31,208 bases of DNA, taken from the IMG/VR virus record IMGVR_UViG_3300020190_000242, positions 1 to 31,208 of that record; one strand, 5' to 3'. Position 1 is the first letter of the stretch; every line of letters starts with the position of its first letter. Both the position numbers and the translations under genes were made by a program. Positions 1 through 8,988 of the stretch are shown here, one piece after another. Source of the stretch: a virus (taxonomy: Duplodnaviria > Caudoviricetes). Under the pieces are notes generated by a model. It was given only the letters and a program-made list of their open reading frames with translations. It did no database searches and was not told the origin of the DNA.

Positions 1-70
1 TGATTGCTGGGAGTTCTGGGTGATCAAGAACTGGTGCCCACTTTTTTGCATATGTTTCGTTAATATACAT
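1..70 (-). CDS. gp23: Major capsid protein, 5' end only (runs off the window)
   Basis: ATG at 70 with GAGG SD upstream; translates MYINETYAKKWAPVLDHPELPAI, matching the T4-like gp23 N-terminal 'KWAPxLDH' motif; directly follows gp22. Not in the ORF track. Confidence 0.9.
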   Translation of the reverse strand, partial: MYINETYAKKWAPVLDHPELPAI

Positions 71-88
71 TTAGTGTTTCCTCAGTTA

Positions 89-3000
89 TTAGGCTTTTGG
101 AGCCGTTTTTGATATTGATTGAACATATCGACTCATAATATTATTTGTAATTTCTACTTCTGGTTCTTCATTAAGAGCGACTCTTTGAAGTTCCTTTACC
201 TCACTTTTCACTTGTACTTTAGTCGGGAAGTAGTTCTCGCGTAATACAGCGAGTTTTTCTTCATAATCACCTTCTGTGGTGAACTCCACACCCTCTGCGA
301 GTGCCTTCATTTTCTCTGCTTGAACTGCTGTGAGTCCAGAGCAGAATGATTCTGTGACAATTGCTTTCTGAACAAAGTTAAGTTGCTCTTGAAGAGAAGC
401 AATTGTTGCGGTCTGATCTGCAACATGTTTATGTACATTCTCTACATACTCAGCTGCTGATTCAAGTTCAGATGCAAGTGTTTCTGCAACATCAACTTTT
501 TCTTCAGGAATCTCGATGTAGTGCTCTTGGAACAATGCACGTAAACCAGAGATAAAGTCTTCAGCGAGCTCAGCACGTAGACCTGTTTCGACAGCAACTT
601 TATTCTCTTGCATCCATTGTTCAACAACATAGTTGAGATATTCATCAACTTGCTCTGTCAATTCGTCTTTAATTTCCTCATATGCCTGTCCTAGAACTTG
701 GTCATTTGAAGCAACAAGCTCTTCTAGAATTTTTTCGACACGAGATGATACAGCTGCTTCGAAGATAAGTGTGGCTTTGGCGCGGAATTCTTCAGAGAGT
801 GATTCGCCATTAAACAGCGCATCTACATCCTCTCTCATATTGCCTTGGAACTGCTTGACCGTTTCTTTAATTGCAATCATTCTTTGCTCACGAATTTGCT
901 CTTCGGTGAGTTCAGCTGTTTTATCTTCAGCTTCTTCATCATCTTGCATATTTTGATCAGATTGCTGAGGCATTTGCTGAGGCTTTTGCTGAGGCATTTG
1001 CTGAGGCTTTTGCTGAGGCTTTTGCTGAGGCTTGAGCCGACCTTGTGGGTTCTTTCCACTTTCGCTGAGATTTTCATTCTCATTGAATGTCTCATTTGCT
1101 TCCTCTTGATTTTCTATGTCGTTCATATTCGAATCCTCAGTGCTTTCATTTGTTGTTTTACCACGAAATAAATTTAATGCCCCTTTGGCTAAATCATAAA
1201 CCGCTTGTCCAGCGGCGCCAGCTTTGGCAGCGTCTCCAAAATCTTGACCAGTTAATGCGCCGCCAATACCTGTTCGGAGACCAGTACGACCAGCCCTTTG
1301 TGCAAAATCAATAAATGCATTTCCAAGACCATATTTATCATTTCGTTGATTTGAACTTGTAGTTTGATTTGCGCTAGAGGAATCTGCAGAAGCACCTCCA
1401 CCAGAGGAAGAATCGGATCTAGATCTACCTCTTCTATCAATTGGATCTGAATGCCAATCCTCTAAACTGTTATATCTACCTTGAGGTCTTGCAGCGCCAT
1501 CATTTCCCTGTTGACCTGCTGTTTGCTCTGGTGGACCTGATCCTGCAGGATCAGGTCGACCTGATCCTGTACCTGAACCGCCAGCACCAGTGTTGGTAGC
1601 GCCAGCACCAGTGTTGTCAGCACCAAAGTTCAGACCCTGCTGAACTAACGTTAGCATTCTATTAGCATCAGCACCAAGATTTGTACTAGCAGCTGAACCA
1701 CCATCACTCTGCGCCTGGTACGCGACTGGTTGTGTAACTGGTCCTGAACCACCAGCTGGTTTTGAACCACCAGCTGGTTTTGAACCACTGCCATCAGATC
1801 CACCAGCACCCATTCTATTAACAGCAGCAAGAGCTTGCTTAAAATCAGCATCTAATTTTAAATTGCTTTCTTTAGTTTTACCAAGGCGTTCTCTCATTTT
1901 ATATGCATAATCTGCGCCAACATTAGGATCAACTCCGAAACCTGCAGCTAGTTGTGCACCAGATCTACGAATTGATGCTCCTGTTTTGCCATAGCGATCT
2001 TCATCACTCATTTCAGATGGTGCTTGAAATTTGGTTCCTGTCCAGAATTTGCCTTTATTTGCACCAGTTCCCCTTTCGCCATACTTCGGTGTTGCCACTG
2101 GTGCTGCCGCTGATGTTGCTGTCGTTGCAGCAGCGTTTGTTGCAGCAGCATTTAATGTTGCTGTCGTTGCAGCAGCATCTGTTTTAGCGCGTCGACGACG
2201 TGGACCACCCCTTTCAAATAAGTTTACAACGTATTCAGCTTGATCCTCTGATAATGAATTAATAAACTGATCTAGTTGCTCTTCATTTAATGTTGACAGT
2301 TGTTGAATGATATCTGTTTCTTCAGCAGCCATTCTATTTACTCCTCTTAATCGATCTTTGTTAGCGTTAATATCTCTCATGAAATTTCTAACTGAGTCTG
2401 GATCTTCATCGTCGTTGTCTTGATTTCTATTTTGTGCCACGCGTGTTTGTATATTCTCAGAATCATCTTGAACATTTTGATTAGATTGCTGAGGCTTTTC
2501 TCGTTTTTGTGCAGCTTGATTAAGTGCTGTTGAAGCGACGCTACCAGCAAGATCTGATCCTGTTCTTTGACCAACTGCTCCACCTGCTGCACTTGTAATA
2601 TTTCCAACAACTGCATCTCTCACACTGCCGCCTTGCAGTTTAGCAGAAGCAACATCGCGTGCAAGATTACCTACAAGCTCTGACCCTGTTGCTTTTGCAA
2701 TACTGCCACCAATTCCTCCAGTCACTCCACCAATCGCACCAGATTTGGCTCCTGATTTTAAGCCTGCTGAAAAACTACCGCCTGACAATTTACTTTGAAC
2801 ACCACCCTGAATTGCTCCCGATATGCTTTGTTGAACAACATTTTTCGCCAAGGTTTTTAAACCTGCTTTCAAACCTGCTTTTGCGACACCACTAGCAGCG
2901 GCACCACCAGCGCCACCAGCTGCTGCACCAGCAAAACCTAATTTTCCAGCAATTGCACCACCAATTCCAGGTAAAAGAAATCCAGCCGCAATTGGTGCTA

Positions 3001-3769
3001 ATTTCTTTAAAATTTTTCCAATACTTCTTTTCTTTTTAAGGACCCATTGTCCACGTTTAAATTTCCATTTCTTACCCTTGGGTGGAGGTTCTGTTGGTTT
3101 TGGAGGGCGTCCTGTATTCGGAGCTGGTGTCGGAGCTGGTGTCGGAGCTGGTGCAGAGGCGTTAACATTACCATCAGATCCACCACCAATACTTGAATTT
3201 TCATTATCACGTGCTGCTAATTCAGCAGGATCAGTTTCTTCATCTAAAGATGCAAGTTGAATTGTGTATACTATTTCCTCTTCATTTAATCTTTCAAAAA
3301 ATTTAACTAGTTCTTCATCGGATTGTGATTCAATAAAATCTTCTAGTTGATCTGCGTCCTCTTCCAACTGCATGAATTCATCTTCAGTAAATTCTCGTTG
3401 TTTAAAATCATTAATAATCGCTTCAATGAGTAATTCTTTTGCTCCATCTTCACCATATTGTTCAATTAAATTTTCCATTAAATTATTTGATTTCTCAGGC
3501 TCTTCAGATTCAGAATTTTCCTCTGACTCTTCATCCTCGGTTGGAAGTTTCTTAATTTCTTCTGCTGGAGCTCCAGGACGACCTGGTTTTGGTGTTGCAT
3601 TTATTGATTGTGCACTCATTAAACCTGGAGACACAACATCTCCAGTCATCATTTCACCACCTAAATCATTGTGTTGTATAGCAGCCATGCGAATAGGCTC
3701 TTTGCCAGCATTCGCCAATGACGCTGCAAGAATTTCAGCTGCCGACTCGTGTAATGTTTTATGAGCCAT
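89..3769 (-). CDS. gp22: Prohead core scaffold protein, greatly enlarged (1226 aa)
   Basis: C-terminal ~250 aa (MREDVDALFNGESLSEEFRAKATLIFEAAV...VDEYLNYVVEQW...GLRALFQEHYIEIPEEK...LRENYF) is the T4-like gp22 core; sits between gp21 and gp23. Confidence 0.9.
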   Translation of the reverse strand: MAHKTLHESAAEILAASLANAGKEPIRMAAIQHNDLGGEMMTGDVVSPGLMSAQSINATPKPGRPGAPAEEIKKLPTEDEESEENSESEEPEKSNNLMENLIEQYGEDGAKELLIEAIINDFKQREFTEDEFMQLEEDADQLEDFIESQSDEELVKFFERLNEEEIVYTIQLASLDEETDPAELAARDNENSSIGGGSDGNVNASAPAPTPAPTPAPNTGRPPKPTEPPPKGKKWKFKRGQWVLKKKRSIGKILKKLAPIAAGFLLPGIGGAIAGKLGFAGAAAGGAGGAAASGVAKAGLKAGLKTLAKNVVQQSISGAIQGGVQSKLSGGSFSAGLKSGAKSGAIGGVTGGIGGSIAKATGSELVGNLARDVASAKLQGGSVRDAVVGNITSAAGGAVGQRTGSDLAGSVASTALNQAAQKREKPQQSNQNVQDDSENIQTRVAQNRNQDNDDEDPDSVRNFMRDINANKDRLRGVNRMAAEETDIIQQLSTLNEEQLDQFINSLSEDQAEYVVNLFERGGPRRRRAKTDAAATTATLNAAATNAAATTATSAAAPVATPKYGERGTGANKGKFWTGTKFQAPSEMSDEDRYGKTGASIRRSGAQLAAGFGVDPNVGADYAYKMRERLGKTKESNLKLDADFKQALAAVNRMGAGGSDGSGSKPAGGSKPAGGSGPVTQPVAYQAQSDGGSAASTNLGADANRMLTLVQQGLNFGADNTGAGATNTGAGGSGTGSGRPDPAGSGPPEQTAGQQGNDGAARPQGRYNSLEDWHSDPIDRRGRSRSDSSSGGGASADSSSANQTTSSNQRNDKYGLGNAFIDFAQRAGRTGLRTGIGGALTGQDFGDAAKAGAAGQAVYDLAKGALNLFRGKTTNESTEDSNMNDIENQEEANETFNENENLSESGKNPQGRLKPQQKPQQKPQQMPQQKPQQMPQQSDQNMQDDEEAEDKTAELTEEQIREQRMIAIKETVKQFQGNMREDVDALFNGESLSEEFRAKATLIFEAAVSSRVEKILEELVASNDQVLGQAYEEIKDELTEQVDEYLNYVVEQWMQENKVAVETGLRAELAEDFISGLRALFQEHYIEIPEEKVDVAETLASELESAAEYVENVHKHVADQTATIASLQEQLNFVQKAIVTESFCSGLTAVQAEKMKALAEGVEFTTEGDYEEKLAVLRENYFPTKVQVKSEVKELQRVALNEEPEVEITNNIMSRYVQSISKTAPKA
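962..1033. repeat. 6 x 12-bp tandem repeat TTGCTGAGGC(A/T)T encoding (K/M)PQQ in gp22
   Basis: Read directly from the sequence. Confidence 0.9.
1745..1788. repeat. ~2.4 x 18-bp tandem repeat encoding GSKPAG in gp22
   Basis: tgaaccaccagctggttt twice plus a partial copy. Confidence 0.85.
3119..3154. repeat. 3 x 12-bp tandem repeat encoding (T/A)PAP in gp22
   Basis: cggagctggtg(t/c) three times. Confidence 0.85.
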
Positions 3770-3794
3770 GAAAATTATCCGTTAAATGGTAATA

Positions 3795-3802
3795 TATTTA
3801 TA
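3795..3802 (-). promoter_or_regulatory. T4-type late promoter TATAAATA upstream of gp22
   Basis: Perfect gp55 consensus in the 37-bp gp21-gp22 gap. Confidence 0.85.
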
Positions 3803-3806
3803 AAAG

Positions 3807-4451
3807 TTATAATCTCGATAAAAAGTTTTCAAATATTTTCAAGGAGATATCGTCTAATTGCTTCTGTTTTGCAGTCTTTATTTGATTATAATATTCATTT
3901 ACATTAAATTCCTTCACAAAACCATTGTCCCAGACCCACTCTTTACCTTCCATAATGCCTTGAACAAAAGCACCTGGAGCTGATGGATCAGCTACGATAT
4001 CAGCTGCAGTTGCAAGGTAAAAGTCTGGTTGTACGATATTGACTCCATCGATCATTTTAAGAGAGCCCATACCACGCGAGGATACACCAAGAGTAGCACC
4101 AGCCTCCATAAGATTCTTAGCAATTTTACCCATTGGAGTTTCAAGAACTTTTGCTTTACCCTCGAATACATTACCATTGCGCGAAATATTGGTAATCATA
4201 TGAGAGACGCGCTCTAGATTAATGGTTGGTGATTCTGGATGTCCAAGTTCACCAAAAGCTCGATTCTTATCGACGTATTCTCTCATGTAACGATTGACTT
4301 CGTTTTCAAGTACCGCAACAGGATATGAACGTCCGTTTCGATTCTTTGTTTCGGCGACAAGGAATGGACCTTGAATGTATAAAGTCTTAACACCGTTTTT
4401 CTCTTCAGTGATGACTTTAATTTCTTCGACTGTTTCTGTAATAAGTTTCAT
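3807..4451 (-). CDS. gp21: Prohead core scaffold protease
   Basis: MKLITE start, NRNGRxY, GELGHP (catalytic His), GVSSRGMGS (catalytic Ser), DIVADPSAP motifs. Confidence 0.97.
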   Translation of the reverse strand: MKLITETVEEIKVITEEKNGVKTLYIQGPFLVAETKNRNGRSYPVAVLENEVNRYMREYVDKNRAFGELGHPESPTINLERVSHMITNISRNGNVFEGKAKVLETPMGKIAKNLMEAGATLGVSSRGMGSLKMIDGVNIVQPDFYLATAADIVADPSAPGAFVQGIMEGKEWVWDNGFVKEFNVNEYYNQIKTAKQKQLDDISLKIFENFLSRL

Positions 4452-4461
4452 TTTTTGTTTC

Positions 4462-5541
4462 CTATACTCCGAGAGCTGCTCGTCTTCTCATTGATCTTCG
4501 TCTTTTCATAAGAGCTCGAGCCATTTTTGCTTTTCTTTTAATTTTGCCACGACGTTGGCCACGTTTGCGACGAATTCTTTCTTGCATTGACATGCGCTTG
4601 AGTTTACCACCACGAATCGTATATCCTTTTACAGCAGAGACTCTTCTACGTCTTTGCACTTTACCCTTTCTTATACGAACTCTGACAACATTTGTGCGAC
4701 CTTGACGCATTATATTGCGATTTGCTTCGCTTAATGATTCTGAATTTTCTGTAACCTCTTCATGTAATCCATAATGTGCTTGACGTAAGTCTTCAGCATC
4801 TGAAGCCATGGCCATGTCTGAACTAATTTCTCCACGCTCTAAACGTCCTTGCAAATGCGCAGCTCTACGTTCTGCTTCTTCTTGTTGATCTGGTGTTAAT
4901 TTGGAAGGAGGAATTAAATTAAATTGTTGTTGTTTTTCCGTTGGTACATTTTGCGCAATAGCACGACCAGAGCGTAATGGTGAATGATTCGCATCAAAGG
5001 GGACAAAACCTTTGATAACACCTTTTGTACCAAGATTACGCATGAAGTTTTTAAGTTTTTCTCTATTTTCTTTTTTGCCTTCCTCTATCGCAATTAATGT
5101 TTTATATAAGTTTAATTTATGTGTAGCAATTTCATTTATTAATAAAAATATTTCTTCTTTTATATCTTCACGACTTCTATAATTTTTTAATTCTCGAGTC
5201 TTAACGATGCGTGGATTTAACGCTTGCATTGTCTTAATACGTTTTTCATCTTCATGATTAAATGGTTCATCTTTATCATTTTCTTCATCATCTACATTCG
5301 TATCTAATTCAGAATTATCTTTTTGAGTTGAAATTTTTGCAGGTTGCTCAGCTAAAACTTTACCTAAAACATCACGTGATACAGCGTTAGCCAAATCAAC
5401 ACTAGTATCCGTTGGTTTTATACCAAGTTTTCTTTTTTGTTCCATCTCTTTTTGCATAATCGATCTTTTTTGATTTGCACCTTGCCTCTGCTTAAAATCG
5501 GAATCGCCGCGATCTTCGAATTTTTCTTGATCAACATTCAT
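4462..5541 (-). CDS. gp68: Prohead core protein, gp68-like basic C-terminal domain with a long N-terminal extension
   Basis: Immediately upstream of gp21; Arg/Lys-rich C-terminal ~90 aa (RVRIRKGKVQRRRRVS...KRRRSMRRRAALG) typical of gp68-position proteins. Confidence 0.65.
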   Translation of the reverse strand: MNVDQEKFEDRGDSDFKQRQGANQKRSIMQKEMEQKRKLGIKPTDTSVDLANAVSRDVLGKVLAEQPAKISTQKDNSELDTNVDDEENDKDEPFNHEDEKRIKTMQALNPRIVKTRELKNYRSREDIKEEIFLLINEIATHKLNLYKTLIAIEEGKKENREKLKNFMRNLGTKGVIKGFVPFDANHSPLRSGRAIAQNVPTEKQQQFNLIPPSKLTPDQQEEAERRAAHLQGRLERGEISSDMAMASDAEDLRQAHYGLHEEVTENSESLSEANRNIMRQGRTNVVRVRIRKGKVQRRRRVSAVKGYTIRGGKLKRMSMQERIRRKRGQRRGKIKRKAKMARALMKRRRSMRRRAALGV

Positions 5542-6263
5542 TGAATTGTCTCAGTAAATTTTTTTATTTTATTAAATGATTCTTTACTTTCAAGTATCAT
5601 ATCATTAAGTCGTATTTTATTTTGTTCATTTAACATTGAGTACAATATTTCAATTTTTTTAAATACATCTTTTTCTATATTAATTTCTTCGCCAGTGGCA
5701 AATAAAACAGGCACAACGTCTTCTTTTAAAAACCCTGCAGCTGCTGTTTGACTAGTGCGAGCATATGTATTTAAATCACCGAATCCTTTATCTAAATCGT
5801 AAGGGACTGGAAACGTTAATCCGTATTTACTATCAGTATACATTACAACTCGTTGGCGATTCGGAAACATGCGTATTGCTTGTCTTCGCAAAACAAGCAC
5901 AGCAGGTGGATTAAATTCTTCATTTAATAGCTCTGTTTCTTCTCTCATATCGCGTAATGTACGACGTAGTTGTGGCATGGTTGTATTTACAATCGTAGCA
6001 ACTGGCAATTTTAAAGCAGATACAGCATCCCTTTTTTGCGGACTCATATCTCGTAAGATTCGAAAGTGAGAATGTTTTGGATTTTTTCTTGCGCGATTAA
6101 TATAATCACTGATTGCAGAGGTAGCAAGAGAGGTATTAACACTGCTTCCCAAACGTAATGTGTTTCTAACAAGTGCAATTCTGTCACGAAGCTGGCTACC
6201 ATTGGTTTTATTTGCAGCTGCAGCCTCGTCTAAATTTAACTTATCATTGTTTTGATGATTCAT
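5538..6263 (-). CDS. Hypothetical protein in the prohead-core cluster (probable internal head/core protein)
   Basis: 241-aa ORF overlapping both neighbours (TAATG / ATGA); LxE motifs (LDE, LNE, LKE); located between gp67 and gp68. Confidence 0.7.
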   Translation of the reverse strand: MNHQNNDKLNLDEAAAANKTNGSQLRDRIALVRNTLRLGSSVNTSLATSAISDYINRARKNPKHSHFRILRDMSPQKRDAVSALKLPVATIVNTTMPQLRRTLRDMREETELLNEEFNPPAVLVLRRQAIRMFPNRQRVVMYTDSKYGLTFPVPYDLDKGFGDLNTYARTSQTAAAGFLKEDVVPVLFATGEEINIEKDVFKKIEILYSMLNEQNKIRLNDMILESKESFNKIKKFTETIQ

Positions 6264-6445
6264 TATGCCTCTGTTTGTGCCTCTGTATTCATTTCTGTTG
6301 GTGCAGCAATGAAGTTCGAAGCAACCTCAACTTTTTTTACCTCTAAAGCATCAGCGACTTTTGCTGATAGAGAACTATTAAATGCCTCTACAGCCTCATC
6401 TCTGTTTCCTGAAAGAATCGCGTTTATAAATGATTCACTGTTCAT
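6263..6445 (-). CDS. gp67: Small acidic prohead core protein (gp67-like)
   Basis: Follows the portal gene; FINAI..GN..EA..AF...L..KV..AL..KK.EVA pattern. Start moved from TTG 6457 to ATG 6445, which has a GGAGA SD at 6451-6455. Confidence 0.75.
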   Translation of the reverse strand: MNSESFINAILSGNRDEAVEAFNSSLSAKVADALEVKKVEVASNFIAAPTEMNTEAQTEA

Positions 6446-6457
6446 ATATTTCTCCAA

Positions 6458-6465
6458 TATTTATA
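6458..6465 (-). promoter_or_regulatory. T4-type late promoter TATAAATA upstream of gp67
   Basis: Perfect consensus in the gp20-gp67 gap. Confidence 0.8.
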
Positions 6466-6471
6466 CAATTA

Positions 6472-8118
6472 TTATTGTTGCGGTTGTTGCTGTTGCTGTT
6501 GCTGTTGTTGTTCGGCGGCAGCAGCTTGTTCTGGTGCTACAGGAGGCTGGGGAGGAGCATATTGAGCCTGAATCGCCATTAATTGTTGATTCATAATGGC
6601 TTCCTCTTGAGCCTTCGTTATAGTCTCTTGTTGTTCTTCCATACGTTCATTCACTAACTGCATTTTCATTTTATCGATAGCCTCTTCATCTAGATGAAGA
6701 ACATTCTTTTGAATATATTCTTTCGAGAAATATCGACCCGTAAACTGCTCTACTTGCTGTAACAATTGCATTCTAGCGTTCATGAGATCAGCTTCTCTTA
6801 ATTCTGCAAAGTTATTATCTTTTAAAAAGTCATAATGAATCTTTTCGCGAAGATCTTTCCATTCATCGATCGAAGCAATGCCTTTAAGGGCAAGTTGTCG
6901 CTCCATAAGTTCGTCGAATAAAACAGTAAATTTTCCACGAAGTCTTTCAATAAACTTATTAAATTTAACCTCATCTCGTGTAATTTCTTGTGAGCGACCA
7001 AGCATAAAACCTTGTCCTGCCTCTAAACGAGTAATAGGAATGTTTAATGCTTTGTAAAGTTTTTGCTCAAAATACTTAACATCTGTCATCTCACCTAAAT
7101 TTTGACCTGGAGGAAGAGTTGTAATCTCTGTTGACCTGCCCTCACCGCGTCGAGGAATCCAAAAATCTTCCATAATTGACATAAATTTACGATCGTCTTT
7201 GACCTCACCAGTTGATGAATCATAAACAACTTTGTTTCGGAACTTTGTCATAAAATCGCGCAAATATTGTTCTGCTTTAATTCGTGGCATATTACCAACA
7301 TCGATATAAAATACACGACGTTCTGGCGCACGACTTAAACGATAGATAACGACAGCATCTTCAATCATTCGAAGTTGATTTAACGGTTTAATGGCTTTAT
7401 GAATATATGATAGAACCATTTGTCGTTTTGGATCTAGTAATCCAGAATTTACATTCACAATTGCATCAACTGCAATTTTTACTGATGCATCGCCAACATT
7501 TGTTACAACTTGATTACCTTGTGTTGTAGTCTTATCGTTGAACAAATAAAATTCTTGCATACCAACTACCACTTCTGCACCAGTGCGTGGTTCTTTTTTC
7601 TTTTGAACCTGACGAACTTTTTTAATCTTGCGTGGATCGATGTAAACTAGTTCTTGAATGCCTAGCTGTGGTTGCGCGCGATCAACTAAAACTTGAAAAA
7701 ATAATCTTCCATCAATGTACCAATCACGAAATAAACCAGAGCCATCATTAGAAAAGTTGAGCAATTTTAACACATGCTTGAATTCGTTACGAATAGAGGT
7801 TTTAATTTCCTCTGATAGTTCTAGATCATCAAGTATAATTGAAACTGATTTGCCTGTAACATCATGTACAATTGACTCATTTACAATTTCATCTATTGCT
7901 GACTCGAGTTCAGGTTGTAGAGACATTTCACGATAACGTGAAATTAAATCAACTTCATTTTTAAAACTGGCTTCTAGATCTAGATATGTACCAAAATATC
8001 CACCTGTGCCAAGTTCCATCGCACCATCGTCTGAGACGGGTGCGGTAATTTGTGGTTGAATATCATTCTCTGGCTTTCTTCTTATAATTTCAAAGCCAAA
8101 TAAATTAATGCCTGCCAT
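6472..8118 (-). CDS. gp20: Portal vertex protein
   Basis: WYIDGR, YIDPRKIKKVR, KAIKPLNQLRMIEDAVVIYRLSRAPERRVFYIDVGN, EDFWIPRRGEGRSTEITTLPPGQN motifs. Confidence 0.98.
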   Translation of the reverse strand: MAGINLFGFEIIRRKPENDIQPQITAPVSDDGAMELGTGGYFGTYLDLEASFKNEVDLISRYREMSLQPELESAIDEIVNESIVHDVTGKSVSIILDDLELSEEIKTSIRNEFKHVLKLLNFSNDGSGLFRDWYIDGRLFFQVLVDRAQPQLGIQELVYIDPRKIKKVRQVQKKKEPRTGAEVVVGMQEFYLFNDKTTTQGNQVVTNVGDASVKIAVDAIVNVNSGLLDPKRQMVLSYIHKAIKPLNQLRMIEDAVVIYRLSRAPERRVFYIDVGNMPRIKAEQYLRDFMTKFRNKVVYDSSTGEVKDDRKFMSIMEDFWIPRRGEGRSTEITTLPPGQNLGEMTDVKYFEQKLYKALNIPITRLEAGQGFMLGRSQEITRDEVKFNKFIERLRGKFTVLFDELMERQLALKGIASIDEWKDLREKIHYDFLKDNNFAELREADLMNARMQLLQQVEQFTGRYFSKEYIQKNVLHLDEEAIDKMKMQLVNERMEEQQETITKAQEEAIMNQQLMAIQAQYAPPQPPVAPEQAAAAEQQQQQQQQQPQQ

Positions 8119-8150
8119 AGTTTACTCCATTATAATAAAATCAAATAAAT

Positions 8151-8441
8151 TTATGGACCCTCACCCTTTCTTCTTCGAGTAGGTCTTACATTTATATTTC
8201 TGCCAGTGTTAGGTGCTTTAGCCACAGGAGTGAGGTTTAATGGTTTTTGATTTGGATTGGTTCTTGATGTTCCTGTGTTTCGACCACGACCACGAATTTC
8301 ATCACGAACACGCCTAACATTTCGAACTGCTCGATTTAAATTAGAGGCAGATCGTGTAATATCATTAATACCACGTGTAACACCATTTACTTTTCTAAGG
8401 AAAATCTCTAAGAGAGACTTTTTGACAACGTTTCTTGCCAT
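8151..8441 (-). CDS. Small Arg-rich hypothetical protein
   Basis: 96-aa ORF that fills the gp19-gp20 gap on the operon strand. Confidence 0.65.
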   Translation of the reverse strand: MARNVVKKSLLEIFLRKVNGVTRGINDITRSASNLNRAVRNVRRVRDEIRGRGRNTGTSRTNPNQKPLNLTPVAKAPNTGRNINVRPTRRRKGEGP

Positions 8442-8447
8442 AATTAA

Positions 8448-8960
8448 TTAACCAACATTAACTTCTTGTGAAGTCCAATATTGATACTGAAATGTTACTG
8501 CATATTCTTCGATTGCATCATTTTGATCCCAGCTAATGTCAATTGCTGAAAGATCCACAGGAAACATATCAATGAATGTATAACTCTTAATAATATCGCC
8601 CTGTTTCCCAAACTGATAAACATCAGCATCAAAAGAGTATTGAGATAAAAATGCTTCTGAAAGATTGCTCTCGTGACCAACGATTCGTGACATCCACTCT
8701 TCAAGCTGATTACGAATAATAAAATCCTCATCATTTAATACTTGAATTGTCCATTCAGGAAATACTCTATTTCCTGCCATCTTAATGCTTCTACCAAAAT
8801 ATGGAATTTCAATTGTTCCTATTGTAGAGCCAGGAAGCTGTGCTGTTTTTGCAGTAAAGGTAAGTTTTTCATCAAACACTGGAATGTTGACTTCAAACAG
8901 ATTAGGACGTGCACCGTCAAATGGAAAATTACTTTTAAAGTCTGTAATATTAAAAGGCAT
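8448..8960 (-). CDS. gp19: Tail tube protein
   Basis: GARPNLFEV, PYFGRSIKMAGNR.F.EW, FPVDLSAIDISWD..DAIEEY.VTFQYQYW motifs; AGGAG SD. Confidence 0.97.
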   Translation of the reverse strand: MPFNITDFKSNFPFDGARPNLFEVNIPVFDEKLTFTAKTAQLPGSTIGTIEIPYFGRSIKMAGNRVFPEWTIQVLNDEDFIIRNQLEEWMSRIVGHESNLSEAFLSQYSFDADVYQFGKQGDIIKSYTFIDMFPVDLSAIDISWDQNDAIEEYAVTFQYQYWTSQEVNVG

Positions 8961-8980
8961 TGCGTTCTCCTGACCTTATA

Positions 8981-8988
8981 TATTTATT
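8981..8988 (-). promoter_or_regulatory. Late promoter variant AATAAATA upstream of gp19
   Basis: NATAAATA form, overlapping the gp18 stop codon. Confidence 0.65.
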
